From Balanoglossus misakiensis (taxonomy: Eukaryota; Animalia; Hemichordata), in contig CM082580.2 of the NCBI GenBank assembly GCA_040954595.2, positions 610,783 through 674,782 on the forward strand: DNA of 64,000 bases, given 5' to 3'. The translations under genes and the position numbers were made by a program. Each line of letters begins with the position of its first letter. Position 1 is the first letter of the stretch. Of the stretch, positions 14,796 through 26,724 are shown piece after piece. Under the pieces are notes generated by a model. It saw nothing but the letters and a program-made list of their open reading frames with translations, searched no databases and was not told where the DNA came from.

Positions 14796-17327
14796 TGGAT
14801 TGACCACTGTGTTACCACTAAAATTTTTTATAGCAATGTTCTTTCAATTTCGAGTCTTTGCAATGTTGTTGACTCCGACCATATTCCTGTTTCAATAGAG
14901 GTTCATTTCAACACTTCTGCTGATGAATGCTTCAGCAGTAGTTCCTTCAAGCAATGTAATTTTCGAGTTGATTGGAAAAAATTGTCACAGCAGAATATAT
15001 CCGCCTACACCCGTTGTACCAAAGCCAAGGTTGATAAGATTAATATATCCGAAGAGTTATTCTGCACTAATGTGAACTGTACATACCCTTCGCATTTACA
15101 GGCAATTGATACTTGTTATAGTAGTGTTGTGGACGCATTGAATTGTGCTGCAAAAGATACCATTAGGCGTAAGTTTCACCAGAAAGTTCATGTTGTGCAT
15201 GGCTGGAACGATTTTGTAAAAGAAAGTCACGACTATGCCCGTTCCATGTTTTTATTATGGGTTAATGGGGGTAAACCTTAACAAGGCCCGCTTTTTGAAA
15301 CCATGAAATCTTCCAGAGCTCGTTTTAAGTATGCTTTACGTGCTTGTAAAAAGATTGAGAATCAAAATAGGGCTGACAAGATGGCTGACAATTTACGCTG
15401 CCACAAACAGAACGACTTCTGGAAGGAAGTCAGAAAGCAAACTAGCAGAAAAATGCCGCTTTCTGACACTGTAGGTGGAGCGACTGGTGAGAGTGAAATT
15501 GCAATTATGTGGCACAAGCATTTCAGTGATATTTTGAATTCTGTCCAGGCTCAGACTGGTAAAAATGACATCGAGGAGAAAATGAAGTATGTTAAATTTT
15601 CTTCTGATATGTATGTTTCTGAAGAAGAAGTAATTTCTGCTATACATAAGTTACCTGACGATAAGACAGCTGGCATTGACAATATTTCAGCTGAGCACCT
15701 CAAATTCTCAGACTCCTCTATTTTACCCATTTTGACTTGATTGTTCATGGTTACCTGCAAACTGAGGCTATCAAAGTTATTTTAGTTCCAATTAAGGATA
15801 AAACTAAGCTTTGTAGTGATGCCAGTAACTACCGGCCGATAGCACTAGCAACTGTTTTCTCTAAAGTTTTTGAGCCTATTTTACTTTCTCGTTGTGAGGA
15901 GTTTCTTACCTCTCATTATTTACAATTTGGTTTCAAGCGAGAACATTCAACTGACCTGTGTTTATTTGCATTTAAAGAAATCATTAGCTACTACACCAGC
16001 AATGGAAGACCAGTGTTTACTTGTTTTCTGGATGCTTCAAAAGCTTTTGACAGAGTTAATCACTTTAAACTGATTAACAAGCTCATCGACAGGAATGTTC
16101 CCTTGTATGCTGTACGAATTTTATATTAAAGGTCCCATGCCATGCCCTATACAACCACGCGTAAAATCACTATTTGGGTCTTGAAGTTAACGTATGTTAC
16201 TATCTTGCAATGCGTTTTGCCCCTTGTGCTTAGATAACAAGCAAGTAAAAGTGGCGGGTGGGCGTGTACCCCTAACCCAACTCAGTCGATTTTTTTTGGC
16301 TTTTCGAAGTTAAGCCGAAGACTTATCTTGATGTGGACAAATAGTCTTTCACACCTTTGTAAATCCTCTGCCTGCAATGTGAGGCAAGGGCTTCCTTTGC
16401 TTTGAACACTGTTTATATAGCTTATCTTTGTCTGTGGACTTAATTACTCATGGACCGATAATTACACTTTACTGTAAACAGAATGGTACACTACGACATA
16501 GTGTACTTGTTTGTCCATATGCAAATACCTTCGCCTGGCTCGAGTGCGAAGTGGCTCCCCGATCACAGGCATGAAAAAAGGTGGCAAATTCCGGCATTCG
16601 TGCACATTTTTCGGAACCGACACAATAGGCAATGCATAGACAGGTACCCTAGGTGAGCTTTTGACGTGGAAAAATGAAAACTTTCCAAAGCATGACATGT
16701 GACCTTTAATGGTACAGAAATCAATTGTTTACTGTGTTGTGGGGTAATGAAACCTCAGAGTTGTTTTCTGTTTCTAACGGTGTAAGACAAGGGGGAGTAC
16801 TCTCTCCCTATCTTTTTAATGTCTACATTGATGATCTTATCAATGCACTCTGTAAAGCCAAAGTTGGCTGTACCATGTGTGGTGTCAGCGCTAACACTTT
16901 AGGTTACGCTGACGACATGACTCTACTCAGTCCAAGTATTAAGGGTCTACACCGTCTTCTTAGAATTTGTGAAATTTATGGCAAGGATTATGATATAATT
17001 TATAATTCTAGTAAAACTGTGTGCATGCTTTTTAATGGGAAGAATATGAGCGTTCAAAGAATTCCTTCGGTTAAACTTAATGACATCACTTTAAAGTTTG
17101 TACCTGTACACACCTATCTGGGCCACGTTATATCTTGTGAGGGTTGTGATAATGAAGATATTGAACGACAGAGAAGAGCATTTTGTGTTAGAGCAAACAT
17201 GCTATTGAGACATTTTCAACATTTTAGTCAAGATGTGAAGAAAGTTTTATTTTTGGCATATTGTAGTAATATTTACTGTTGCAGTTTGTGGGCATCCTTT
17301 AAAGTAAAACCGATGAAAAAATTTTAA
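14796..17327 (+). pseudogene. Non-LTR retrotransposon ORF2 fragment (end of APE endonuclease plus reverse transcriptase), disrupted
   Basis: WIDHCVTT and SDH endonuclease motifs (14796-14885). RT motifs NYRPIAL, QFGFK, FLDASKAFDRVNH, GVRQGGVLSPYLF, YADD and YLGH. Stop at 15279-15281, frameshift near 15737 and a MITE insertion at 16126. Clade not resolved by eye. Confidence 0.92.
16130..16705. mobile_element. Kolobok-like non-autonomous element inserted in the LINE RT
   Basis: TIRs AGGTCCCATGCCATGC and GCATGACATGTGACCT (14/16 match). TTAA at 16126-16129 and 16706-16709. Excision rejoins the RT frame. Confidence 0.9.
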
Positions 17328-18034
17328 ACAGTGGACTTTGACCCTAAGTCGCTAATGTTGTGGGAGGTTTCATTAGCATTGTAGTCACATGTAGTGGATA
17401 GTAGTTTGGGAAATTGGCTGAAATACGTCAGCAGACCAGTGATTTTCTTGCACGACAGGAGTATGGTACCAGCAATAATCAGAGATCAGGCTTCGTTGCC
17501 GTTCAAAAGTTCCTACTTCAGTCGTGATGTTGCAACTGGACGTTCAGTATGGGGGTCGGCCCGCAGGTGGCCGTGTGGGTTATCAGGTCGCCCGTAACGG
17601 CACGCAGCTACATGCAGCTGTATGGGACTAAAATAATACACCCGATTCGGGTGTCACCTGTGACACCTGCATAACTCAATAATTATGTGCATGCGTAATT
17701 GTGGGGTCAATGAAAGGGGTGGTAGCGTGCTATTTGTTGCACATGGATCAATATGAAGTCCGATTTTCCCGTCAAGTTGTGGGCGACCTTATGTGACCTT
17801 TCACCTACTTTTGCTTAGTGAGCATCCACAGCAGATGCATGCAGCTTTGGCTTGGGAGGGGGGGGGGGCATATACGGATGGGACCATAATGATATACCAA
17901 AGGCGGGGTCGTCTGTTGCACCTGCCTAAGTCATTGATTTTGTACATTTAATTAGACACTAACCAACAGGGCGATAGGGCTGGTTTTTGTTCCACAGGGA
18001 CGAATGTAAGTGTCAGTTGGTTTGTGCCCAAATG

Positions 18035-18890
18035 TCCATTGAGGCCTGTATCCGTGATCTTAAGGACTGGATGACCCAAAACAAGCTTCAACTCAACGAC
18101 TCCAAAAACTGAGATTCTACTTATTCGTTCACAATTTCATCACTCTGCTGATGCTATTGACAAGATTACCATTGGTTCAAGCTCTGTTCCCGTCGTTAAA
18201 TCAGCTCGCAATATTGGTGTAATATTTGACAATACGCACATGTATAAAGATCACATCAAGAAAACTTGTCAATCAATATATTACCACTTTCGCCGTGTCG
18301 GACAAATCAGGAAATTTCTTAACAAAGCAACATGTCAAACAGTGATTCATGCTATTTTGGCAGCGAAACTCGACTATGGTAATGCATTACTGTATGGTAT
18401 ACCAGAACGCAGTCTGAACCTTCTACAACGCACACAAAATACAGCTGCAAGAATCATAACTCGGTCCAGGAAGTCTGCCCATATAACGCCAGTTCTTCAA
18501 CTTCTTCATTGGTTACCAGTTCGCCACAGGATAGAGTATAAAATAAATCTGCTCACATACAAAGCCTTAAATAATCTCGCTCCGAACTATATCCGCGATC
18601 TCATTCGGACATATTCTCCTGGTCGCAGGCTTCGTTCAGCTAATAAGAGCCTTTTATGCACTACAATGTACAAACGTTCTTCATACGGTGGCCGAGCATT
18701 CTCTCATGCTGCAACGAAACTGTGGAACATTCGTCAAGCTCCAAGTTTGAGTATCTTTAAGAAAAGACTGAAGACGCATTATTTCGCAAGAGCATATGGT
18801 GTGGGCCAATGAGCACAAGCGCCTTTGAGTATGACACTTGTTATAGATACTGGCGCTATACAAATTTCTCTGATTGATTGATTGATTGAT
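18035..18890 (+). mobile_element. L2/CR1-group LINE 3' fragment with (TGAT)n tail
   Basis: IEACIRDLKDWMTQNKLQLNDSK, then KLDYGNALLYG, LHWLPVRHRIEYK and GRAFSHAATKLWN (typical L2 ORF2 C-terminus). Short 3'UTR with aagcgcc...ggcgct and tgat repeats at 18871-18890. Confidence 0.9.
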
Positions 18891-19699
18891 GTATAAGGTG
18901 ATTTGGATGACCTCTGTCATAGAGTGCCATATCTCATCCCGTTGTACAGGTGCAGCTTTGGTATTTGGAGGGATGAAACTATCATGAAATGCCAAATACA
19001 GGGGGATACCTTTGACACCTGCTTGATTCATGTATTACGTGCATACCTAATGTTAGGCAAAGTGAAAGGGCTGCAAATGTAGGATTTGTTGCACAAGACA
19101 TAAACAGGAATGAAATTTTTCTGTCAAATTTTTGAATGACCTCAGGTGTCCATTGACCTGCTTTCCATATGTTAGCATGCACATCATATATAGCCACGTG
19201 TTTGGAGGGGTAGGGTAGGACCGTCATGAAATGCTAAATTCCTAGGGCCACCTGTAACTTACTTGCGTAACTCATTATTATGGCCATACCTAATTTTAAA
19301 AACCCAAAGGGCGAGAATTTTCCGTTGTCTTGAATATGAACCAAATAGGAATCCAAATTTTTGGCCCAATTTTTGGGTACCCTCAGCTGACCTTTGAAGT
19401 ACTTAACTGAAGTCCTTACATAACGTAGAAGTTCACTTGTGGTTGTTGTGTTTGTACTTGTAGGACATCCATTTCGGGTGGTTGCCTACTTCCCCATATC
19501 TCCACATCCAGAGCAAATACAGCCTACGCAATTGAATGGTACAACCCTGAATGGAGTCTAATGGTTATTATCTCTATGCTTGGGCCCATTCAATGCTGCT
19601 TGCAGCTTTAATTATTACTATTATTATTGTCACGATATAAAGACACCAACTAAAAACTTACAAAATCACAATGTCTTCACAACTCAAAATTTCACTCAC

Positions 19700-20791
19700 T
19701 TCTTTTAGTTTGGTAGCCACCCCTCCTTTCTGTCCTAGCATAACAGGAGCACCATCACTGCCCAAAGCAGACAGACGATCTCTTAAGACAATACCATTCT
19801 CTGAAGAAAACTCTTTCACTGACTGTGCAATGGTGTCTGCTCTGCCATCACCAACCTAAAACAGTGAAAATAAAACCTTGATGTTAACACATGCAATGTA
19901 CAACTCAATGTTTGTCTCACCTGAAATAACTAGTCAGCAAAATCAATTAAATGAGGTCACTCAAAAACATGTTTAATCGTATGTTTTTAATTCAGTGTAG
20001 ACTTAAAAATTGAAAAACTTTCCACTTACTTCTTTAACTCCAAGGAAAGACACAACTGACTTCCCAGACTTCAAGGTGTACTTGGAATAGATGATTAATT
20101 GCTTCAATACAGCCACATTAGTTGTTTTCATCTATTAACAGTGAATAGAAGTTACTTCCTTTCATCTTCTCTAAAATCTCATCACGGATGACTTTGCCTG
20201 AAAAATAAAATAAATGAAAATTACTCTTCAGATTAAACTTATCAAAATTCACAGTAATTTGTACAGTAATTATTCTTTATTGAGTGTAACACTATTGCTT
20301 AAACAGTGATCCTTTCTTGAAAACAACCAGGTTTAAATAAATGTTACTACATTGCCTACAATTTAGATCTGCACAAAAATCAGTAGACCTACTTACCAAT
20401 GCAATAAACCATTATAGTTGTGGTCATCACTGCTGAGAGTACCAAGGAATGAACACCCGAGGGACTTTGCCAATTCCAAAACATGGATGAAGTTGGTGGT
20501 GTGCGGCAATTCTCTGTGCATGAGAAAATACATGCATCGTAGGACGCCGATGCATGAAGGCTTGCGTCTCAAAGGTGATGACCTTGTCAAATGCAGCCAC
20601 AAGACCGCTGCTGTTCTCGATAACTGCTGCCTCGGCGTCAAGCTGCATTGCCGCCCGGTCGATAATCGTCTCTTCATGCTGCTTGAGTTTGTCTTCGCGA
20701 AGGGTGGTACATGTACATGGAGATGTTGTAACCCAAGTCCCTCCGCACTTGGCCTTCTGCTTGTGTTTTGTACAAAGGCGACAAAACATCC
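19700..20791 (-). pseudogene. Intron-containing hAT-family (ZNF862-like) transposase pseudogene, 3 exons
   Basis: Exon 20791-20397 (MFCRLC...HE; MYFLMHRELPHTTNF..LELAKSLG). Exon 20197-20030 (FYSLLIDE..N..KQLIIYSKY). Exon 19855-19700 (DGRADTI...LGSDGAPVMLGQKGGVATKLKE). All have GT-AG boundaries with compatible phases, and there are internal frameshifts. Confidence 0.8.
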
Positions 20792-21872
20792 CTAAACTGA
20801 ATAAATATCATTCTCTCAAATGCCAGCCGCATGCGGGAGCGTGCACCAGAAACAATAAATATTTACCAAGGCGGGAATGAAAAGAAAGCAGGGCGGCGCG
20901 TAAGATAGCAGGGTGGCAAAAAATAAAGGAGGGCGGGCCTGCCCAGCTAACCCCCCCCCCAAAGTATTAACGCTCTGTGTTTACCATAGACTAATAGTGT
21001 CTCAAATTTTACCCTGTGTGAACCTGGTAAGAGACGTGTCTCAAATCTGAGAAGATTCAGGACCACTTAAACCATTCACCAATAATAATTTATGCCAGTA
21101 TTTGATCTGAGACGTTTTAGCAATTTCTTGTGTGACCCTCATATCAGTTGAAGCTGACAAATCCAGTATTTTGAATTTTTACATGGATTTTGTATACAGT
21201 GTGAATTGTAATTAAAGCTCCATTACCTTTACCTTTTTCCTATGTTTTCAGTATATTTGTTTAGCAGTTTCTTGTGCAAATTCCCGAAACATGATGAAAC
21301 ATATATGTGTATGGTCAGCATTGTTATTGTGCCAAATTGGAATTTAAGTCCAGACTAGAATCCATGAATTATTGTCAACAATGACAATGGCCATTATACA
21401 CATACATTCTGTGCTGACAAGTAACAATCTGTGTGGAGTAGAACATGAAATCGCATTTGCTACATAGAACAAAAATACTGGAAATAAAGCCAAAAGATAC
21501 AACGAATGTATATTTAACTTTAACTGCATTCTCATTCTCATCTGTATATATTTTACTGAGATTGTTTCATCAGGGTTTATCAGTATTCTAAACCAGCTTA
21601 TGTGTGCATACAATCTGATTAAAATCAGATGTAGGGTACGGCGACGTCTTTTACTTCGCAGTACGGTATTCTTATACTGTCGCCTCACACTACATCTGAC
21701 CAACTCCCATAGAAGCTCCCGTTGAAAACTCTAGTAAACCAATCAGACGGTGCCTTATAGAGAACTTTAGGTATCCTTCAGTTTTGATTGACATAACGTG
21801 CAATCTGATTGGCTTGGCCGCAACGGGACGTTGAACAAGCTTCTATATCTGATTCATATAATACTGAAAGGG

Positions 21873-22822
21873 TTAAGAATGGCACACACTACATGTATGA
21901 GCTCATGGAATGTGTTTCTTCCCATAGGATAACATTAAGAATTGATAGAAAACCCTTTTCTACTATTGTAATTTTAAGAAGTTTCACTCATAACTCATCC
22001 AAATGAAATTAAATTGAGTGATTCATATAAGTTGTAGGCTCACCACTGTGCTCAGTTTTGAGATAAACTTAAATGTGTCCATGCCTATAGAAAAATAACA
22101 TAGAAAGACCTATGGTGAAAAATGTTGACTTAAATTCAGGCTGCATTAGTGGAAAAATAATCATACTTTGTCTGGCATAGAAACTCAGAATCTACAAAAA
22201 AGGCCTTTAAAACATGAATGGAAATGAAAATACTGCTACAATAAGAAATTCTTACCTTGAATAAAGTATTTATTGGTACCACCACTTCCATAAAGAAACC
22301 ACTTTGCTGGTGTAATGAGTTGTCAATCTGGGTTTGCTCATTGGCCTTGCTTTGAGTTCCAATTCATGATGATGGTGTATTAGGACACTGGACTTGAAAC
22401 AGGTGTATGCTGGTATTATACACGTTGAAAGTATTGTCATTCTTTTAATTGTGGATTTTTGGATTATGCTGTGTATGTATAATGAGAATTCGTTAAAAAT
22501 TGTAGGGGTCATTGCCCTTTTTAAAAAAAATACAGAGCCATGAATTTAGTTGATAATAGAAGAAATTTGCTGTCTCAGCATTTTTCACCAATGGTTTGTC
22601 TATGGGCGAAGATTTTAACGCAATTTATCTCATAATAGAGCTTGGTGACCACATAATTTTTTTTGACCAATGAATTTACGTTTACTTGACTGAGCTATGT
22701 GTAAAATTTCGTGAAAAAGACAATAGTAGAAGTTTGTTTTCTGGCAATTATCGATGTAATCCTTTCAGGAACAGACACACATGCACTGTTTATCAGTTTA
22801 TGTTGTGCGTGTACATCCTTAA
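21873..22822. mobile_element. Kolobok-like MITE, family B, with long degenerate TIRs
   Basis: ttaa-GAATG...CATCC-ttaa ends. The arms tctactattg...gagataaa and tttatctc...caatagtaga are inverted. Confidence 0.65.
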
Positions 22823-24322
22823 ATGGTATTTGCCTCTCATGCCTTCCAAATTGTGATTCTGTTCTAGTGTTTTTGTTAAGGGCGGTACCTAGATAAAATC
22901 TACCGGAGTACCCCAGTCACTCCGAATTAAAACAACAGAACAAGGCCAATGTCACAGTGGTCAGGCAGTCTACCAGAGTTCCCCAGTCATTTTACCGGGG
23001 TTCCCCTGGATGTATCAATGTGGTTATATTAGGAGGTTATAGGAATATTAACGGGGTTCCCAAATCCATTACCAGTGTTCCCCGACCTTTGCAAAAACAC
23101 TGTGTTCTTTTTATCCTCCACAGGAAGAGACAAAGAAAAGCATAGCAACCTCTGCTGATACTGCCACAACAAGCACAAGCACAAACACACCCCAGCCTGT
23201 AGCTTCTGCGAACCAACAACCCCCACCCTATCCAGCCGCAGCATACCAGCAACACTTCCAGCAGATGTCATACCCGAACCCATTCGTGTCTCAGTACGCT
23301 GCGTTTGCAGGAGCCGGACAGCCGCCACGACACAGAGATGCGGCATCGAACAACGACAACACCGTTCAACCGCCAGCCGATGCAACACCCCAGGCAGATG
23401 TCAACACTCCCCTAGCACCAGAACCTGCAACTGCCAACACAGAAAACACCCCCAGAGAAATGCCAATGACAATGCTACCACAGAGACAAACATACGACAA
23501 AGAAATGTCAGCCAGCAAGGGTATGAGCAACCCAGAAGAAGAAACGACACACTATCAAATCAGAATAATCGCCAGATACGTCAGCAAGAAAATAGTAATT
23601 CTTTCGTGTTGATAGTGCTGTTGAGTCTAGCCTTAGCAGCTCTTATGTTGAGACGATTATTCATTACATACGAGTTTAAATTTGATTATAATGTGTAGTT
23701 TATGAAAATATTTAATTAATTCACAACTGATGACAGGTCAAATGTTATTATTTTCCTCGAGTTTTCATACACATCTGGAATGTTGTCTATATCTTAACAA
23801 AAACTATTGTTTAAAAGTCCTGGTGAAAAATCAAGCCAGCCATTATTTATTGTATTGAAATAGATGGGGGGAGGCACAATGAAAATGGCATATGTTTAGC
23901 CTATAGATTTCTGGAAACCACTGGTGAACTCGCTGATAGTACTGAGCAATCTGAATGATATGAACATAGTGGTTATTTGGTTGTAGATACAAGACCTCTC
24001 TGCAAAATTTTCCTCAAAGAGGTTTTAAATCCGTAACCAAATATAAGCGCACACCATTTATAATGTCATTATATATAATATGATTTTGTGTGATAAAAAA
24101 TCTGATGTTTGGATTTTAAGTATTACATGCCAGAAAGGCCTCGTTGCTCACTGCTCATGAAAATGCCACTTGTACAAACATGTTCTAGAATTTCTTAAGT
24201 AGAGCGCCCTGATGCCCATGACCAATCCAAGTTAATAAATTGTGTTCTATTCAGATGCATTCTCTTTTGTGTATTTTATTTCAGTTATTTACTGTTCAGG
24301 TCTTCTAGTAGAGAATGTTATG

Positions 24323-24515
24323 ACAGAACCCCATGGCTCGATCGTGCAAGCACGGCGTAACGGTAGTATTTGCATCGAGTGTCTGGCGGTGTATTCTTGT
24401 GCCCGTCCCCCGCACTCGCTGTCGCTCGTGCGGGGGGCAGCAAGAATACACCGCCAGCACGAGTGCAAATACTACCGGTACGCCGTGCTTGCACGATTGA
24501 GCCATGGGGTTCTGT
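24323..24515. mobile_element. GC-rich palindromic (hairpin) element, part of a ~460-bp MITE-like unit extending to ~24778
   Basis: acagaaccccatggctcgatcgtgcaagcacggcgta... pairs with ...tacgccgtgcttgcacgattgagccatggggttctgt. A second inverted pair ttttattacatatgt / acatatgtaataaaa lies at 24516 and 24704. Confidence 0.75.
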
Positions 24516-26275
24516 TTTTATTACATATGTTCATCCCATTTTGAAAAAAAGACCGAAAATGAAAGAAATGAGACCGCGGAATGATATTGCTTGTTTCGTG
24601 AACAGGCCACTCATTTGCATACAGGTATAGCATAATGTTTTTGGTATTGCACTGAGTGCAAATACCGATGTTACGCGCGCGCTCGGTGCAAGTAATCGAC
24701 GGTACATATGTAATAAAAACCCTTGCTTCAACCAATTACAGAGCTTCAATCAGACCAAGTAAACCCTGGTATTATAAATTTATGATCTATGTTATACAGG
24801 TATAGGACATTTTGTCTTTCACCATGTTTACACTGGGTAAAATGAGAAACATTTCAGATACCAGGTTCAGGCAGGGAAAAATTTGAGACACTATTTGCCT
24901 ATGGTAAACACAGAGCATTAATCCTTTGAGTCGTTTGTGTCCACACACACAAAGTTTATGTATAGGCACTGCGAGGCTCGGCCCCATAGACAATGGGTTG
25001 CGAAGAGGTGTTAATCATTACACCGGATCAGGTCTGGCTGGCAAAACCGTCTCAAATCTGAAACGTTCCAGGAAGACTTTAATTGTTCACAAAGTATTTT
25101 TTATGTCAATGTTTGAGTTGAGATGTTTCAGAAAACTTTCAATGGTCCCTATGTGAATGCCCTATTTTTAGTTCCTTTGTGTTGTATGTACAAACACATA
25201 CAAGTTTCAGCTTTAGGGATCAGTCAGAGCATATTATCAAGCAGTCTGTCTATCGGTTGCTATGTGTGTGTGTGTCTCATCTCCACAAAAAATATGTAGC
25301 ACTACATGTACTTCATGAATCACAATATACACACAGTGACTGGCTGTGAGGGTAACATGTGGATGACATGATGGTGTTATAATGCTATTAAGTGCAAATG
25401 TAAAACCTGGACTACAGGCAAGATTTTTGAAAGGACGGTAAATGTTGATGCAAAGAATGTTTGAGTCAGCCTATGCACGTGAACTCAAATATACAGAAAA
25501 ATTTACAAATCTTAAAGTAACATTTTCGTATGGAATTGTGTACTTTTGAAAATCATTTCAAAATCATGTTATAGACTTGTTGAAAGACTGTTGACTACAT
25601 CTGATTAAAAAGAAACATGAAATTCAAGCAATAACCAGTTTTTTACTTCTCTCTTGTACATAATCATCATGACATGATCAATAGGTCATTGTCATGATCC
25701 CTATGTGACTTCTTGACTTGCATATTCATTGGAATGAATCCTCTATTTTGAATTAAAACTCTGTAAGTGCCAATAATATTCACTAATTTGAATTCCCATT
25801 TTGATCTATTTTTTGAAAAACTTTTCGCCATGTATAGCTCGCACTATTTCTACAAAACAGGGACAAATTGGCTGAATTTCCAATGTTGTGTTAACTGTTT
25901 TATTAATCATGAGGAAAAAGCGCCGGGCTTATAACTTCCACGGGCGCGCCCAACATTATTTGGGCGATACCATTTTGTGGTAGGTGTCACTGGCAAACAT
26001 GCACCGGACTTCTGATTTATATACTACATGTACTAGGGTCTCACTTGTTGCAACAGTGTTAAAGAAATCAAACGGTTTTGTTTTGGCCGGTAAACACCGA
26101 TGGATTCACTCTTAAGTCCATCGTGCATCCAAACGCAGTCGAGTCGGTTTGGTCATTGTTTATGCGACAGTAAATGCCAAATGTGACAGAAGCATCATAT
26201 TAAATGAGATAGAATACACAAACAAACAAAGATACGAATAAACAAACAGGCAAACAAACAAACAAACAACCATGA

Positions 26276-26530
26276 AGGACTGTTCAGAATTTACTTCCAA
26301 GTTGGGGATGGAGGATTTTTTATTTTCCTGGTGATTTTTTCCCATGGTCTCCCCTAGTAAATTGTGGAGGAAATATGTGGTCCCCCCTTAAATTTCCTGG
26401 GGATTTTCCATGGTCCCCCTATTGTGACTTTTATGTCTAGTCTCCCCTAATTTGTCTTGGAGAAAATGGGTGGTCCCCCCCCCCCCTCTGAAAATTCTCC
26501 GCCCCCTGGAAGTAAATTCTGAACAGTCCC
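26276..26530. mobile_element. PIF/Harbinger-like MITE
   Basis: ~24-bp TIRs ggactgttcagaatttacttcca and tggaagtaaattctgaacagtcc. Flanks tga/tta resemble a TWA TSD. Confidence 0.7.
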
Positions 26531-26640
26531 TTATTAAAGCCAACAGCTAGCACCCTGGCTTCTCTGCCAGAGGAGCGATAACATCGACAAAATGCAGATA
26601 CACAAGAAATGAGCACTTTATTCCACAAGTGAAGTAGTCT

Positions 26641-26715
26641 GTTCCCTGCCCCATTCCCACCGCTGGCTGCGCCCTTGAGCGTAGCGCCGATGGCAGTGGG
26701 AATGGGGCAGGGGAC
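26641..26715. repeat. Short GC-rich palindrome
   Basis: ccctgccccattcccac / gtgggaatggggcaggg form a 17-bp perfect stem. Confidence 0.75.
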
Positions 26716-26724
26716 CTAGTCCAG

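Larger units (their letters stand above)
14180..17655 (+). mobile_element. Helentron/DINE-1-like non-autonomous element enclosing a LINE fragment
   Basis: 12-bp inverted repeats tttagtcccata (14180-14191) and tatgggactaaa (17621-17632). 5' hairpin ggggaccaag...cttggtcccc. Stem-loop acacccg-att-cgggtgt just after the 3' repeat. Internal ~125-bp direct repeats at 14597-14722 and 17333-17453. Confidence 0.6.
20967..24921. mobile_element. ~3.95-kb TTAA-flanked TIR element with nested insertions
   Basis: ttaa-cgctctgtgtttaccatagactaatagtgtctcaaatttt... is inverted relative to ...aaaatttgagacactatttgcctatggtaaacacagagca-ttaa (~60-70-bp imperfect TIR). Confidence 0.7.

Noticed and set aside
20960-20980. 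cagagcgttaa as the hAT terminal repeat of the adjacent transposase
   Set aside because: It pairs with 24860-24921 as the TIR of a separate TTAA-flanked element.
23265-23612. 115-aa Pro/Thr/Ala-rich ORF
   Set aside because: Low-complexity CA-rich sequence inside a TIR element with no recognisable domain. It cannot be supported as a CDS.
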